Source: Clostridiales bacterium (GTDB lineage Bacteria > Bacillota > Clostridia > Acetivibrionales > DTU013). Taken from it: a stretch of DNA of 63,049 bases. Of the stretch, positions 49,898 through 59,510 are shown piece by piece (the first letter of the stretch is position 1; the number at the start of each line of letters is the position of its first letter). Made by a program: the position numbers and the translations under genes. The stretch spans positions 1-63,049 of the forward strand of contig DAOSUL010000001.1 in assembly GCA_035378685.1 (NCBI GenBank). Reading direction: 5' to 3'. The notes under the pieces are model-generated. The model was not told the origin of the DNA, did not search any database, and saw nothing but the letters and a program-made list of their open reading frames with translations.

Positions 49898-50092
49898 TCA
49901 GCTATTGACATTGCACACCAAAAGCTCGACCGTTCTGTTATCCAACAGTCTTTGCCTGACTACCCTCGAATCCGTTCCATACCCCATGTCCCTCTGTCTG
50001 GGAGATGCAGTAAGGCGGACAGTTATCTCGTAGCCCTGCGCTTTCAGTTGTTCCATGGCGTCCTCCAGCCTGAAGCCGGAGTAATCCTTCAT
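49898..50092 (-). CDS. Hypothetical 64-aa protein with a PASTA-like sequence pattern
   Basis: GGAGG RBS lies inside the frr 3-prime end, and the ATG is 4 nt after the frr stop. The pattern G-x-x-LEDA-x-x-L-x-x-x-G ... VVRQ ... VELLV resembles a single PASTA repeat. Confidence 0.55.
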   Translation of the reverse strand: MKDYSGFRLEDAMEQLKAQGYEITVRLTASPRQRDMGYGTDSRVVRQRLLDNRTVELLVCNVNS

Positions 50093-50096
50093 CCGC

Positions 50097-50648
50097 TTAT
50101 ACCTCCATTATTTCCTTCTCTTTGAGTTCCACTAGCTTGTCGACTTCTTCTATGTACTTGTCGGTCATTTTCTGGATATCGTTCTCGGCAACTTTCAGAT
50201 CATCTTCCGTTATCTCGCCGTTCTTTTTCTGTGTTTTGAACTCCTCGAGGGCGTCTCTCCTTATGTTGCGGATCGCGATCTTTGCATTCTCGCCGATCTT
50301 CTTCGCCTGTTTAGAGAGTTCTTTCCTTCTCTCTTCAGTGAGCGGCGGGAATATGAGCCTGATCACTTTGCCGTCATTGCTGGGGTTTATTCCGATGTCA
50401 GACTTCTGGATCGCTTTCTCGATTTCCTTGAGCATTTTTGCCTCCCAGGGCTGTATGACTATCACCCTTGCTTCAGGTACGGAAATACTGCTCAACTGGT
50501 TTATCGGCGTGGGTACTCCGTAATAATCCACGGTTAACTTGTCCAGAATAGCCGGATTGGCCCTGCCTGCGCGGATTCCTATAAGTTCTTCCTTCAGGGC
50601 GCTTATCGCTTTGGTCATTTTGCTTTCAATGTCCTTGTATTCTGACAT
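50097..50648 (-). CDS. frr: Ribosome recycling factor
   Basis: 183 aa with a typical RRF sequence (LDxLxVDYYG, EERRKEL). Confidence 0.95.
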   Translation of the reverse strand: MSEYKDIESKMTKAISALKEELIGIRAGRANPAILDKLTVDYYGVPTPINQLSSISVPEARVIVIQPWEAKMLKEIEKAIQKSDIGINPSNDGKVIRLIFPPLTEERRKELSKQAKKIGENAKIAIRNIRRDALEEFKTQKKNGEITEDDLKVAENDIQKMTDKYIEEVDKLVELKEKEIMEV

Positions 50649-50676
50649 ATGAAACCCTCCTTTTTGTATTTATGGA

Positions 50677-51381
50677 TCAGTACAATGTCGTTCCGATTTT
50701 CTCGCCTTTCAGCACCCTTATTATATTTTCAGGGTCGCTCAGATCGAAAACTATCAGCGGCAGTTTATTGTCCATGCACAGCGAGATCGCCGTCGAGTCC
50801 ATGACACCCAGCCTGAGGTTCAGCGCTTCGGCGAACGATATCGATTCAAAACGGACGGCGTTAGCATTTACTTTAGGATCGGAATCATACACGCCATCCA
50901 CCATGGTCGCCTTGAGTATCACATCCGCGTCGATCTCGGCAGCTCTCAATGCTGCTGTCGTATCGGTTGAAAAATAAGGGTTCCCTGTTCCGCATGCAAA
51001 TATTACGATCCTCTTTTTCTCAAGATGCCTGACAGCCTTTCTCCTGATATAGGGTTCCGCGATCTGTCTCATTTCGATGGCTGTCTGCACTCTTACCGGG
51101 ACGCCTTTCGACTCCAGCGCATCCTGAAGAGCAAGAGCATTTATGACTGTCGCCAGCATCCCCATATGGTCGGCTGTCGTCCTGTCCATACCAACGCCGC
51201 TCCTGCCTCTCCAGAAGTTGCCTCCGCCGACTACAACAGCGATCTCGGCTCCCATCCCATGGGCCTGTTTAATCTTTTCAGCTACTTCGTTCAGTACTTC
51301 CGAATCGATGCCGGTCTTCCGGCTCCCTGCGAGCGCTTCGCCGCTGAGTTTCAGAAGTACTCTTTTGTATTTCAGCGCCAT
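50677..51381 (-). CDS. pyrH: UMP kinase
   Basis: Start trimmed to [25 protein letters not shown] motif present. Confidence 0.95.
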   Translation of the reverse strand: MALKYKRVLLKLSGEALAGSRKTGIDSEVLNEVAEKIKQAHGMGAEIAVVVGGGNFWRGRSGVGMDRTTADHMGMLATVINALALQDALESKGVPVRVQTAIEMRQIAEPYIRRKAVRHLEKKRIVIFACGTGNPYFSTDTTAALRAAEIDADVILKATMVDGVYDSDPKVNANAVRFESISFAEALNLRLGVMDSTAISLCMDNKLPLIVFDLSDPENIIRVLKGEKIGTTLY

Positions 51382-51492
51382 ATGACTGCTACCCCCGCTC
51401 ATAAATAAATTGTTCTTCAAAGAACACAAAAAATCCTGCCAGCGCACTAAAAAGGGAACATATTTTGTATGCTCCCTTTTTATTGATCTCTA

Positions 51493-52140
51493 TCAACCGT
51501 TGATCTGCTTTGCAACTTCTTCTGCAAAGTTATCCTGTCTCTTCTCAAGGCCTTCGCCTTTTTCGAAACGTGCGAATCTTCTTATGCTGATATTCTCGCC
51601 TATCGTTGCTATCTTCTCAGCGACAAGCTCCTTGATGGTCTTGTCCGGATCCTTGATCCAGGGCTGCTCGAGCAGACACACGTCTTTGTAGAATTTCTCC
51701 ATCCTGCCTTCGACCATCTTCTCTATGACTTTTTCAGGTTTGCCCTCATTCCTTGCCTGAGCCCTGAGGATGTTCATCTCTTTTTCAATGACATCGGCAG
51801 GGACATCTTCCCTGCGTACATACTCCGGTCTGGCGGCAGCTATCTGCATGGCGATCTCTCTTACCAGCTGTCTGAATTCCTCGTTGTTGGCAGCAAAGTC
51901 GGTTTCGACATTGACTTCCACGAGGACGCCGATCCTGCCGTTGCCATGTATGTAGGCATCCACGATACCTTCTGCAGCGATCCTTCCTGCCTTCTTGGCA
52001 GCAGCAGCCAGTCCTCTTTCCCTCAATATCTCAATCGCTTTTTCCATATCGCCATTTGCTTCCGTCAGGGCCTTCTTGCAGTCCATCATTCCTGAACCCG
52101 TTCTTTCACGGAGCTGTCTTACCATTTCAGCTGTAATCAT
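51493..52140 (-). CDS. tsf: Elongation factor Ts (short form)
   Basis: Start trimmed to [25 protein letters not shown], which follows GGAGG. Confidence 0.95.
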   Translation of the reverse strand: MITAEMVRQLRERTGSGMMDCKKALTEANGDMEKAIEILRERGLAAAAKKAGRIAAEGIVDAYIHGNGRIGVLVEVNVETDFAANNEEFRQLVREIAMQIAAARPEYVRREDVPADVIEKEMNILRAQARNEGKPEKVIEKMVEGRMEKFYKDVCLLEQPWIKDPDKTIKELVAEKIATIGENISIRRFARFEKGEGLEKRQDNFAEEVAKQING

Positions 52141-52218
52141 CAGTATTCCTCCAAACACTAATATTTATATTATTGACCGCACAGGCGGCCATTATTCCCG
52201 TGCTCTCAAGGTACATAC

Positions 52219-52244
52219 GCCCGGTTCCGCCGCCGGAACCGGGC
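52219..52244 (-). other. GC-rich 11-bp perfect hairpin in the rpsB-tsf spacer
   Basis: GCCCGGTTCCG-CCGC-CGGAACCGGGC. No U-tract on the transcribed strand. May be an attenuation or processing element. Confidence 0.45.
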
Positions 52245-52301
52245 GACCCTTTTGCGGTATTATTCTGCAGAGCTTTCCTGTACTTAAGCTCACTGAGCGG
52301 C

Positions 52302-53144
52302 TTATTCCGCCACTTCCGCCGCAGCGTCGGCTGCCGGCTCAGCTGCGATTTCTGCCGCAGCTTCAGTCATATTATCCGCAGACAGTTCTTCACCGGCCGT
52401 GCCAGCTTCAGCCGCATCATCGGCCTTTCCTTCGCCGTCCGCTTCTCCGGTTGAGAACTGTTCGCCCTGATTGGCCTCGATAACAGCATCCGCAATTTTC
52501 GATGCGATCAGCTTGACTGCCCTGATGGCATCATCGTTGCCCGGTATGACATAATCGACCTCGTCAGGATCACAGTTGGTATCGGCAATTGCCACGACCG
52601 GTATGCCGAGTTTCCTTGCTTCGAGAATCGCGTTCCTTTCCTTCCTGGGATCAACGACGAACAAAGCGCCAGGCAGCCTGTTCATTTCCTTTATGCCGCC
52701 GAGGTACTTCTCAAGCTTCTCCTTTTCACCGCGAAGCTTGATTACTTCCTTCTTCGGAAGCACTTCAAACAGGCCGTTTTCTTCCATGGCTTCAAGCTGT
52801 TTGAGCCTCTCGATCCTCTGCCGGATCGTCCTGAAGTTGGTGAGCATGCCGCCGAGCCATCTGGCGTTCACATAGAACTGGCCGCATCTCATAGCCTCAT
52901 CCCTGATGGAATCCTGGGCCTGTTTCTTCGTTCCCACGAAAAGGACGCTGTCGCCGTTCATGACGACTTCTCTTACAAAGAAATAAGCCTCTTCGATTTT
53001 TTTGACGGTCTTCTGAAGATCGATGATGTAGATGCCGTTCCTCTCCGTGAAGATGTATTCGGCCATCTTGGGGTTCCATCTCCTGGTCTGGTGTCCGAAA
53101 TGGACTCCTGCTTCCAGGAGCTGTTTCATTGAGATAACTGACAT
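52302..53144 (-). CDS. rpsB: 30S ribosomal protein S2 (with an acidic C-terminal extension)
   Basis: [23 protein letters not shown]-terminal signature. AAGGAGG RBS. Confidence 0.95.
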   Translation of the reverse strand: MSVISMKQLLEAGVHFGHQTRRWNPKMAEYIFTERNGIYIIDLQKTVKKIEEAYFFVREVVMNGDSVLFVGTKKQAQDSIRDEAMRCGQFYVNARWLGGMLTNFRTIRQRIERLKQLEAMEENGLFEVLPKKEVIKLRGEKEKLEKYLGGIKEMNRLPGALFVVDPRKERNAILEARKLGIPVVAIADTNCDPDEVDYVIPGNDDAIRAVKLIASKIADAVIEANQGEQFSTGEADGEGKADDAAEAGTAGEELSADNMTEAAAEIAAEPAADAAAEVAE

Positions 53145-53249
53145 ATATAACCTCCTTAGTTTTTGCCACCACAGCCTTCATCCGCCCGAAACACCGTAAA
53201 ACGGCACTTTTTCGGGCGTCCTGCCGTGTGTGTGATTTTTTTCTTTGAT

Positions 53250-53278
53250 AGTATAACACACAGTTAATAAATTATCAA
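53250..53278 (-). promoter_or_regulatory. Candidate sigma-A promoter of rpsB-tsf
   Basis: Minus strand reads TTGATA - 17 nt - TATACT with an extended TGT. It is followed by a structured leader (CGCCCGAAA ... TTTCGGGCG). Confidence 0.6.
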
Positions 53279-53391
53279 TCAAAAAATTGGGTGAAAGAAT
53301 CAGAACCGTGAGGCCAGCCGGACATGCACCGGGCATCTGTGGGAGCAATGTCAGTCCTGCCCACACAATCAGTCAGCTAACGCAGGTCAGG

Positions 53392-53626
53392 GCGAAGCCG
53401 TGATGCAGGCCGGCAGGCATCAATGGGCTGCGAGTGTTACAAATGCGGCCGGGTCATGCAGCTCGAATGAGGTGTCAGGCACCTCAACCGGCAGCATGGA
53501 CGCTGCCGGCGCTGGTCCCGAGCCATGGACGGCGAGTGACCTGCGCCCTCATTGGAGCAAATGAGCCGGCCAGCAGTTGTGCACGAAGCACCCCTGATGC
53601 ATGACCTGCCTGCATCACGGCTTCGC
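53392..53626. repeat. Copy 3 of the ~235-nt palindromic repeat family (orientation B, inverted relative to copies 1 and 2)
   Basis: Terminal arms GCGAAGCCGTGATGCAGGC / GCCTGCATCACGGCTTCGC pair perfectly. Core 53455-53558 is the reverse complement of the cores of copies 1 and 2. Confidence 0.9.
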
Positions 53627-53690
53627 ATAGTATGATTTTTGCATCCGAATTTTCTGCCTAAATTATAGATAAAATGCGGTATGGATAAAA

Positions 53691-54368
53691 TCAGGAATGC
53701 CTGGCGACCTCTTTCATGAATTCCCTGACTTTGCGCTGATCCTTGAGGCCAGGCCGAATTTCGACTCCCGACAGCACATCGACAGCGAAAGGACGCGCTG
53801 CGCGGATGATGCCGCCGATATTCCCGGGGTTGAGCCCGCCGGCAAGTATCACCGGCACCGTGCTGTTTACCTTTACCGATATAAATGTATCAAGGTCGAC
53901 GGTAATACCTGTCCCTCCGGGCTTGTCTTCCGTAAAGGAATCCACAAGTATGCCCGATAAGCCTGTTTTCGAAAGGACACGTGCTGCCTCGCCAGGATCT
54001 TCGATCTCGAAATCACACAGCCCGTCCGCCCTGATGCGCAGTGCCTTGATAACCCTTATCCCTTCAGGCTTCAGGCGCTCCACCACACGTAATATATCAT
54101 CGAGAGTCTCCCTGTGATGTAGCTGCAATACATGAGGTCGGATGCTCATGGCGGTTTCGGCGACATCATCCGGGTTGCCGCCAGTCACCACACACGAGCA
54201 TGCAAAAGGCGGAACTTTGCTGATAAGATGCGCGGCCTCGCTCCGCGTGAGGTTCCACGGAACAGGCTCTGGATGATCTGCAACAAACCCCAGGGCATGC
54301 ACTCCGGCATCAATACATGTTTCCAGATCTCTTTCGGTCATCAGGCCGCAGACCTTGACACGAATCAT
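53691..54368 (-). CDS. trpF: Phosphoribosylanthranilate isomerase
   Basis: (M)IRVKVCGL start behind AAGGAG, with a TIM-barrel PRAI pattern. Last gene of the trp operon. Confidence 0.9.
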   Translation of the reverse strand: MIRVKVCGLMTERDLETCIDAGVHALGFVADHPEPVPWNLTRSEAAHLISKVPPFACSCVVTGGNPDDVAETAMSIRPHVLQLHHRETLDDILRVVERLKPEGIRVIKALRIRADGLCDFEIEDPGEAARVLSKTGLSGILVDSFTEDKPGGTGITVDLDTFISVKVNSTVPVILAGGLNPGNIGGIIRAARPFAVDVLSGVEIRPGLKDQRKVREFMKEVARHS

Positions 54369-54432
54369 TTCCACCGCTCCTTCAGGCGATTGGTTATCAG
54401 TATCGTGCAGTATACGTTGGTTTATAGCCGGT

Positions 54433-55176
54433 TCATCGATGATGTGCGAGCGCTCCTGCCAGCTCCCGGTACATTCCGGCCGGATCTGCTGCCTTCAGGA
54501 TGGCTGTGCCCACAAGCACGGCACCGGCCCCTGCCGAAGCCGCCCTCCTGACATCTTCCGGACACCGGACAGAACTTTCACTTACGATGAAAACGTCTTC
54601 AGGCAGGTATCCGGCAAGCTGTTCCGTGGTGGCTACCGTGCCTTCGTCCGTTTCCCACTCCAGGATGTTTTTATTGTTAATCCCTATAAATTGCAGATCC
54701 AGATGCCGTATCTTTACGATATCCTCAGGACTGTGGACCTCGACGAGGGGCTCAAGGCCGAGTGCCAGCGAATCTTCCGCAAGCTGTGCCAGCAAGTTCC
54801 GCTCCAGCATCGATGCTATCAGCAAGACAGCCGACGCACCAATCCCGACGCTTTCTCTCAGTTGCTCCCGATTCTTTATGAAATCCTTCCTCAATACCGG
54901 TACTGCAGCCGTCAGCGCGATCTTCTCCAGCAGCCTCGCCGAACCTCCGTAATGAGTGCTCTCCGTAACCACGGATAACACAGGCGCGCCTGCCTTCACC
55001 AGTTCTACGGCAAGGTCGGCAGCAATGGCCTCCGGGACCAGGACACCCTCAGCCGGCGACTTGCATTTTATGTCCGGGATCACTGCTATCCCATCATTCT
55101 GAGATTTCATTATTAATTTATAACTGAACATCGCGTGCGGGAAAAACCTTTCATAAATAGATCCGCCTGTATTCAT
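54433..55176 (-). CDS. trpC: Indole-3-glycerol phosphate synthase (short N-terminus)
   Basis: IPDIKCKSPAEG, LRKDFI, LVEVH and GINN motifs. ATG 55176 follows GGTGGAGG and overlaps the trpD end by 26 nt. Confidence 0.85.
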   Translation of the reverse strand: MNTGGSIYERFFPHAMFSYKLIMKSQNDGIAVIPDIKCKSPAEGVLVPEAIAADLAVELVKAGAPVLSVVTESTHYGGSARLLEKIALTAAVPVLRKDFIKNREQLRESVGIGASAVLLIASMLERNLLAQLAEDSLALGLEPLVEVHSPEDIVKIRHLDLQFIGINNKNILEWETDEGTVATTEQLAGYLPEDVFIVSESSVRCPEDVRRAASAGAGAVLVGTAILKAADPAGMYRELAGALAHHR

Positions 55177-56203
55177 GCGAAGCCTCCACCAGCCTTTTCA
55201 GCTTCTTTTGCGCCTCACCGCTGTCTATGAGTTCAGCGGCAAGGCCGATACCTTCCCTGAAACTGCCCGCTTTGCCGCCTACCATCAGCGCGCCTGCCGC
55301 ATTCAGGACGACCGCTGTCCTTCTCGGCCCCCTGTCTTTCCCTGAAAAAACGTCGGTGATCATGGCGGCGTTTTCTTCCGGCGTACCCGTTGCGATATCC
55401 TCAAGCCTGCAGCGCTCCAGGCCGAAATCTTCCGGCTCGATCTCATAGGTCGTGATGTTGCCGTTATCCAGTTCATTTATCCTGGTCTTTCCAAGAAGCG
55501 AGATCTCGTCGAGTCCGTCCAGACCATGAACGAAAAGTGCCCTTTTATAGCCTATCGAGGCTGCCACATGGGTGACCGTATCCAGCAGTTCGGGTCTGTA
55601 GACTCCCAGCACATGCCTGGAAGCTTTGGACGGATTTATGAGCGGACCTATCACGGTATAGAAGATGGTCTTGATGCCAAGGTCCTTTTCAGGAGGCAGG
55701 ACCTTGCACATGACCGGATGGAAAAGAGGTGCATAGAGGAATGCGATGCCGACGTCTTCTATCAGTTTTTCTGCGCCTTTCGGACTTTGGTTGATTTCCA
55801 CGCCCAGCGCTTCAAGTACATCTGCACTGCCGGAAAGGCTCGATATGGAACGGCTTCCATGCTTGGCCACCGGGATGCCTGCAGCCGCAGCGACAAAAGC
55901 CACTGCCGTGGAAATGTTGAATGTGCTCAGTCCGCCGCCGGTACCGCATGTATCCATGAGTTCTTCGTCCACGTCAGGATCGATACCGATGCAGTTATCC
56001 CGCATCGCTGCGGCAATGGCAGTTATCTCGTCCAGCGACGGCCCCTTCATCAGAAGCGCCACCTGGAATCCGGCGATCTGCGCATCGCTGAGTTCATCGT
56101 TCCTTATGGCCTCTATCAGGCCATAGATCTCATCTGATGTCAGGTCTTCCCTTGCTGTCAGTTTTGCCAGCACATTTCTGATCACGTTACTGCTCATTCT
56201 CAT
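55151..56203 (-). CDS. trpD: Anthranilate phosphoribosyltransferase (motif-variant)
   Basis: 350 aa with the overall TrpD pattern (DTCGTGG..STFNIST, AKHG.RS, GPLINP, GLDEIS). GTGGDG reads GTGGG-L, and KHGN reads KHGS. Confidence 0.8.
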   Translation of the reverse strand: MRMSSNVIRNVLAKLTAREDLTSDEIYGLIEAIRNDELSDAQIAGFQVALLMKGPSLDEITAIAAAMRDNCIGIDPDVDEELMDTCGTGGGLSTFNISTAVAFVAAAAGIPVAKHGSRSISSLSGSADVLEALGVEINQSPKGAEKLIEDVGIAFLYAPLFHPVMCKVLPPEKDLGIKTIFYTVIGPLINPSKASRHVLGVYRPELLDTVTHVAASIGYKRALFVHGLDGLDEISLLGKTRINELDNGNITTYEIEPEDFGLERCRLEDIATGTPEENAAMITDVFSGKDRGPRRTAVVLNAAGALMVGGKAGSFREGIGLAAELIDSGEAQKKLKRLVEASHEYRRIYL

Positions 56204-56310
56204 CTCTCCTTTTCTCTTCTCGCCTCGTCTTATCTCTTTCTTTTACTAAAGCGACCGATCCCGCAGTCCATTCACGGAAGGAACCGTCCGCTGCCGGCGG
56301 TATGCTGCTC

Positions 56311-57084
56311 TCAGCCGCTTATCGCTGCTTTCATCCTGCGCACATATTCAGCGACGTGTCCGACACAGTTTTCGCCATACTCTTCCACTATCTTCACCAC
56401 GGCGCTGCCCACGATGATCCCGTCGCCCCATACGGCAAGCTCCGCCGCCTGTTCGGGCGTCGATATGCCGAAGCCGATGGCGCATGGAATATCTTTAACC
56501 GCCTTCACGGCTTTGATCATTTCGCCTGCCTCATACCCTATTCTCTCCCTGATGCCGGTCACGCCAAGTGACGACACGCAGTACACGAAACCTTCAGCCT
56601 CGGCGGCGATCATCCTGATGCGCTCCCCGGATGTCGGGGCTATCATCGAAATCAGCGTTATGCCATGTTTCCTGCAGTACGGCAGCAGTTCGTCCCTCTC
56701 CTCGAATGGAACATCCGGTACTATCACCGCATCGATCCCCGCCTTGCTGCAGTTCATCATGAACCTGTCCGTGCCGTAAGTTGCCACTGGATTGACGTAT
56801 GTCATAAGGGCCACGGGCACATCACATTTATTCCTGACTCTCTGCATCATCGCGAACACATCATCCACAGTGACGCCGCTGGCCAATGCCCGCTCATCTG
56901 CAGCCTGTATGACCGGCCCTTCGGCGACCGGGTCGGAAAACGGTATACCTACCTCGATCAGGTCGGCACCGGCTTCGTACATAGTATAAATCAGCTGCTC
57001 CGTAACAGTCATCGACGGATCTCCTGCAGTTATGAACGGTATGAATGCCTTTCCGCGGGAAAATGCCCTTTCAAGCCTGCTCAT
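56311..57084 (-). CDS. trpA: Tryptophan synthase alpha chain
   Basis: [10 protein letters not shown], ELGIPFSDPxAEGP-type ([14 protein letters not shown]) and GFGIS motifs. Confidence 0.95.
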   Translation of the reverse strand: MSRLERAFSRGKAFIPFITAGDPSMTVTEQLIYTMYEAGADLIEVGIPFSDPVAEGPVIQAADERALASGVTVDDVFAMMQRVRNKCDVPVALMTYVNPVATYGTDRFMMNCSKAGIDAVIVPDVPFEERDELLPYCRKHGITLISMIAPTSGERIRMIAAEAEGFVYCVSSLGVTGIRERIGYEAGEMIKAVKAVKDIPCAIGFGISTPEQAAELAVWGDGIIVGSAVVKIVEEYGENCVGHVAEYVRRMKAAISG

Positions 57085-58261
57085 TTATCTGCACCCCCCT
57101 GTACCGCGCTATGGAAGCCACGTCCTTGTCTCCTCTGCCGGACAGGCATATCACGAGTATTTTGTCCCTGCCCAGTTCCGGAGCTATCTTCATCGCATAT
57201 GCCACCGCATGGGCGCTTTCGATGGCAGGAATGATCCCTTCTGTACGGGAAAGGTATTCGAATGCTTCCACCGCTTCGTCATCAGTCACGGGAACATATT
57301 CCGCCCTGCCTCTGTCCCGCAGTCCCGCATGCTCAGGACCGACGCCCGGATAGTCCAGGCCTGCCGAAATCGAATAGACCGGCGCTATCTGTCCGTATTC
57401 ATCCTGGCAGAAATACGATTTCATTCCATGGAATATTCCAACGCTGCCAATAGTCATCGTGGCCGCCGTACTGCCTGTGTCGATCCCGCGGCCTGCCGCT
57501 TCGCATCCGATCAGGCGTACGCTTTCATCATCTATGAAATCATGGAATATGCCAATGGCATTGCTGCCGCCGCCCACGCAGGCCATTACCACATCAGGGA
57601 GCCTGCCCTCTTTTTCCGCAAGCTGCCGTTTGACTTCCTGCCCTATTATCTTCTGGAAATCCCTCACTATCGTCGGGAACGGGTGCGGACCGACAGCCGA
57701 CCCGAGCACATAATGGGTATCGCTTATCCGCCGGGTCCATTCGCGCATCGCTTCATTCACGGCATCCTTCAGCGTCTGCGTCCCGGTGGACACCGGATGT
57801 ACCTTCGCTCCCAGCAGTTCCATCCTGTAAACGTTCAGCGCCTGTCTCTCGGTATCTTCCTTCCCCATGAATATTTCGCATTCCATACCCATAAGGGCGG
57901 CAGCCGTCGCAGTGGCGACCCCGTGCTGTCCTGCGCCTGTCTCGGCTATGAGCCTTGTCTTCCCCATGCGTTTCGCCAGGAGCGCCTGGCCCAGTACATT
58001 GTTGATCTTGTGCGACCCGGTATGGTTGAGGTCTTCACGCTTGAGATATATCTTCGCCCCGCCCAGGTCCTTTGTCATTTTTTCCGCATAATACAGCATG
58101 GACGGGCGTCCGGCATAATTCCTCAGCAGATCGTCAAGTTCCGTTGTAAAGTCCGGGTCGTTCTTATACCGTTCATACGCCTGTTCCAGTTCGATGAGGG
58201 CATTCATCAGTATTTCAGGGACATACTGCCCTCCGTGTATGCCGAATCTCCCTTTGGACAA
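57071..58261 (-). CDS. trpB: Tryptophan synthase beta chain
   Basis: [22 protein letters not shown] (PLP lysine) and GGGSNAIG motifs. I set the start at TTG 58261, 8 nt after AAGGAG. The ORF-track extension to 58393 runs through the T-box terminator. Confidence 0.95.
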   Translation of the reverse strand: MSKGRFGIHGGQYVPEILMNALIELEQAYERYKNDPDFTTELDDLLRNYAGRPSMLYYAEKMTKDLGGAKIYLKREDLNHTGSHKINNVLGQALLAKRMGKTRLIAETGAGQHGVATATAAALMGMECEIFMGKEDTERQALNVYRMELLGAKVHPVSTGTQTLKDAVNEAMREWTRRISDTHYVLGSAVGPHPFPTIVRDFQKIIGQEVKRQLAEKEGRLPDVVMACVGGGSNAIGIFHDFIDDESVRLIGCEAAGRGIDTGSTAATMTIGSVGIFHGMKSYFCQDEYGQIAPVYSISAGLDYPGVGPEHAGLRDRGRAEYVPVTDDEAVEAFEYLSRTEGIIPAIESAHAVAYAMKIAPELGRDKILVICLSGRGDKDVASIARYRGVQINEQA

Positions 58262-58280
58262 ACCGATCCACTCCTTTGGC

Positions 58281-58325
58281 AAAATAAAAAAGCTTTCATC
58301 CCCAGCATAAGGGACAAAAGCTTTT
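58281..58325 (-). terminator. T-box expression-platform terminator
   Basis: Minus strand reads AAAAGCTTT ... GAAAGCTTTTTTATTTT, directly 3-prime of the T-box sequence. Confidence 0.75.
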
Positions 58326-58600
58326 GACTTCTGCGGTGCCACCCTGATTGACGGAAAAACCGTCCTCTCGTTTTTGCATACTGACATATGCAACCCTGCT
58401 GATAACGGGCAGGTCCCCCGTAAGCGCCTACTCTTGCATTGAATTTCAGGCTTCCCTCACAGGTCCATTCGGCACGGCCCTGCAACCGCATTCCCACCAT
58501 CTGCGCCGGTATCCCAGACCATCGGCCCGTTCCGGCAAGCGGCTCTCTGAATACAGGTTTCCGTACTTACTTCTCCTGCTCATCGGTGTGTTATGTATTC
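58281..58600 (-). promoter_or_regulatory. T-box riboswitch leader, Trp (UGG) specifier, controlling trpBADCF
   Basis: Canonical elements occur in order on the minus strand. These are the AGAGAG box (58548-58543), distal-loop GGTGGGAA, specifier GAA-UGG-A (UGG at 58467-58465), AGTA box, F-box CCGTTA and T-box AATCAGGGTGGCACCGCAG (58350-58331), followed by the terminator. Confidence 0.85.
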
Positions 58601-58614
58601 ATTTATTTTTGTTG

Positions 58615-58644
58615 ATTTTAACATTAACAGGCCTGCATTGTCAA
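58615..58644 (-). promoter_or_regulatory. Candidate sigma-A promoter of the trp T-box leader
   Basis: Minus strand reads TTGACA - 18 nt - TAAAAT, preceded by TGT. Confidence 0.6.
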
Positions 58645-58774
58645 TTAACAACCGTAAAATATCACCACGGAATTTTTTATTGATTTTTTTAATCGGTATT
58701 TTTTCGTACAGGCAATTTATTCCAGTACCCCTCATATACTTATACGGTGACTAATTTTCCGGGAGGTGCCTCAT

Positions 58775-59485
58775 TTGCTGCACTTCTTGCATACCCTCCT
58801 CGGCGAGGTGCTGGGCGGCATAGTTTTTCAGCTCGGTTACGTGACGAATGCCAATTCGTTTCCGCAGCCACTTACTCCGGAAGAAGAGCAGAAATACATC
58901 GCAGCATACAAGGAAGGCAGCGAAGAAGCCAGGAATATACTGATAGAGAGAAACCTGCGGCTTGTGGCCCATATCGTGAAGAAGTACAGCACATACAGCA
59001 GCGATATCGACGACCTTATATCCATCGGCACCATTGGGCTTATCAAGGCCATCTCCACGTTCGACCAGTCCAAGGGGACCAGGCTTGCGACATATGCTGC
59101 CCGCTGCATAGAAAACGAGATATTGATGCAGATCAGGTCAACAAAGAAAATACAGAGCGAGGTATCTCTCCACGATCCCATCGGAGTCGACAGGGAGGGC
59201 AATGAGATCACGCTTATAGACGTTATAGGCAACGAAACCGAGTCCGTGATCGACGAAGTGGAACTGAAACTCCAGGTCAGGCGCCTTTACAACAAAATGA
59301 GATCAGTCCTGAAAAAACGGGAAAAGACAGTGCTTGAACTTCGTTACGGCCTTCTGAACGGAACCGGCAAAACACAGCGTGAAATAGCAGGCATGCTCGG
59401 CATTTCGCGGTCATATGTGTCACGCATAGAGAAGAAAGCCATCAGGAAGCTCAGCAAGGAGCTCGAACCGGAAAGCGGTCACTGA
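58775..59485 (+). CDS. sigK: Sporulation sigma factor SigK (pro-sigma-K), uninterrupted
   Basis: Pro-sequence and cleavage-region pattern ...GYVTNANSFPQPLTPEEE..., then ERNLRLVAHIVKKY, LISIGTIGLIKA, ATYAARCIENEILM, VSLHDPIGVDREGNEI and ISRSYVSRIEKKA. Start is TTG 58775 (8 nt after GGGAGG) or GTG 58766. Confidence 0.85.
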   Translation: MLHFLHTLLGEVLGGIVFQLGYVTNANSFPQPLTPEEEQKYIAAYKEGSEEARNILIERNLRLVAHIVKKYSTYSSDIDDLISIGTIGLIKAISTFDQSKGTRLATYAARCIENEILMQIRSTKKIQSEVSLHDPIGVDREGNEITLIDVIGNETESVIDEVELKLQVRRLYNKMRSVLKKREKTVLELRYGLLNGTGKTQREIAGMLGISRSYVSRIEKKAIRKLSKELEPESGH

Positions 59486-59487
59486 AC

Positions 59488-59505
59488 GGGGGCATTGTTG
59501 CCCCC
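59488..59505. terminator. Hairpin between convergent sigK and the DUF3842 gene
   Basis: GGGGGCA-TTGT-TGCCCCC forms a 7-bp stem. There is no clear U-tract on either strand. Confidence 0.45.
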
Positions 59506-59510
59506 ACTGA

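Noticed and set aside
57032-58327. A 431-aa plus-strand ORF antisense to trpB. Similar long antisense ORFs occur at 10094-11212, 19675-20649, 4818-5684, 40347-41168 and 47473-48210.
   Set aside because: Each lies entirely opposite a gene with unmistakable family motifs. Their translations are low-complexity (rich in R, P, H, S and C) with no recognisable domains or RBS. This is the usual shadow-ORF effect of codon bias.
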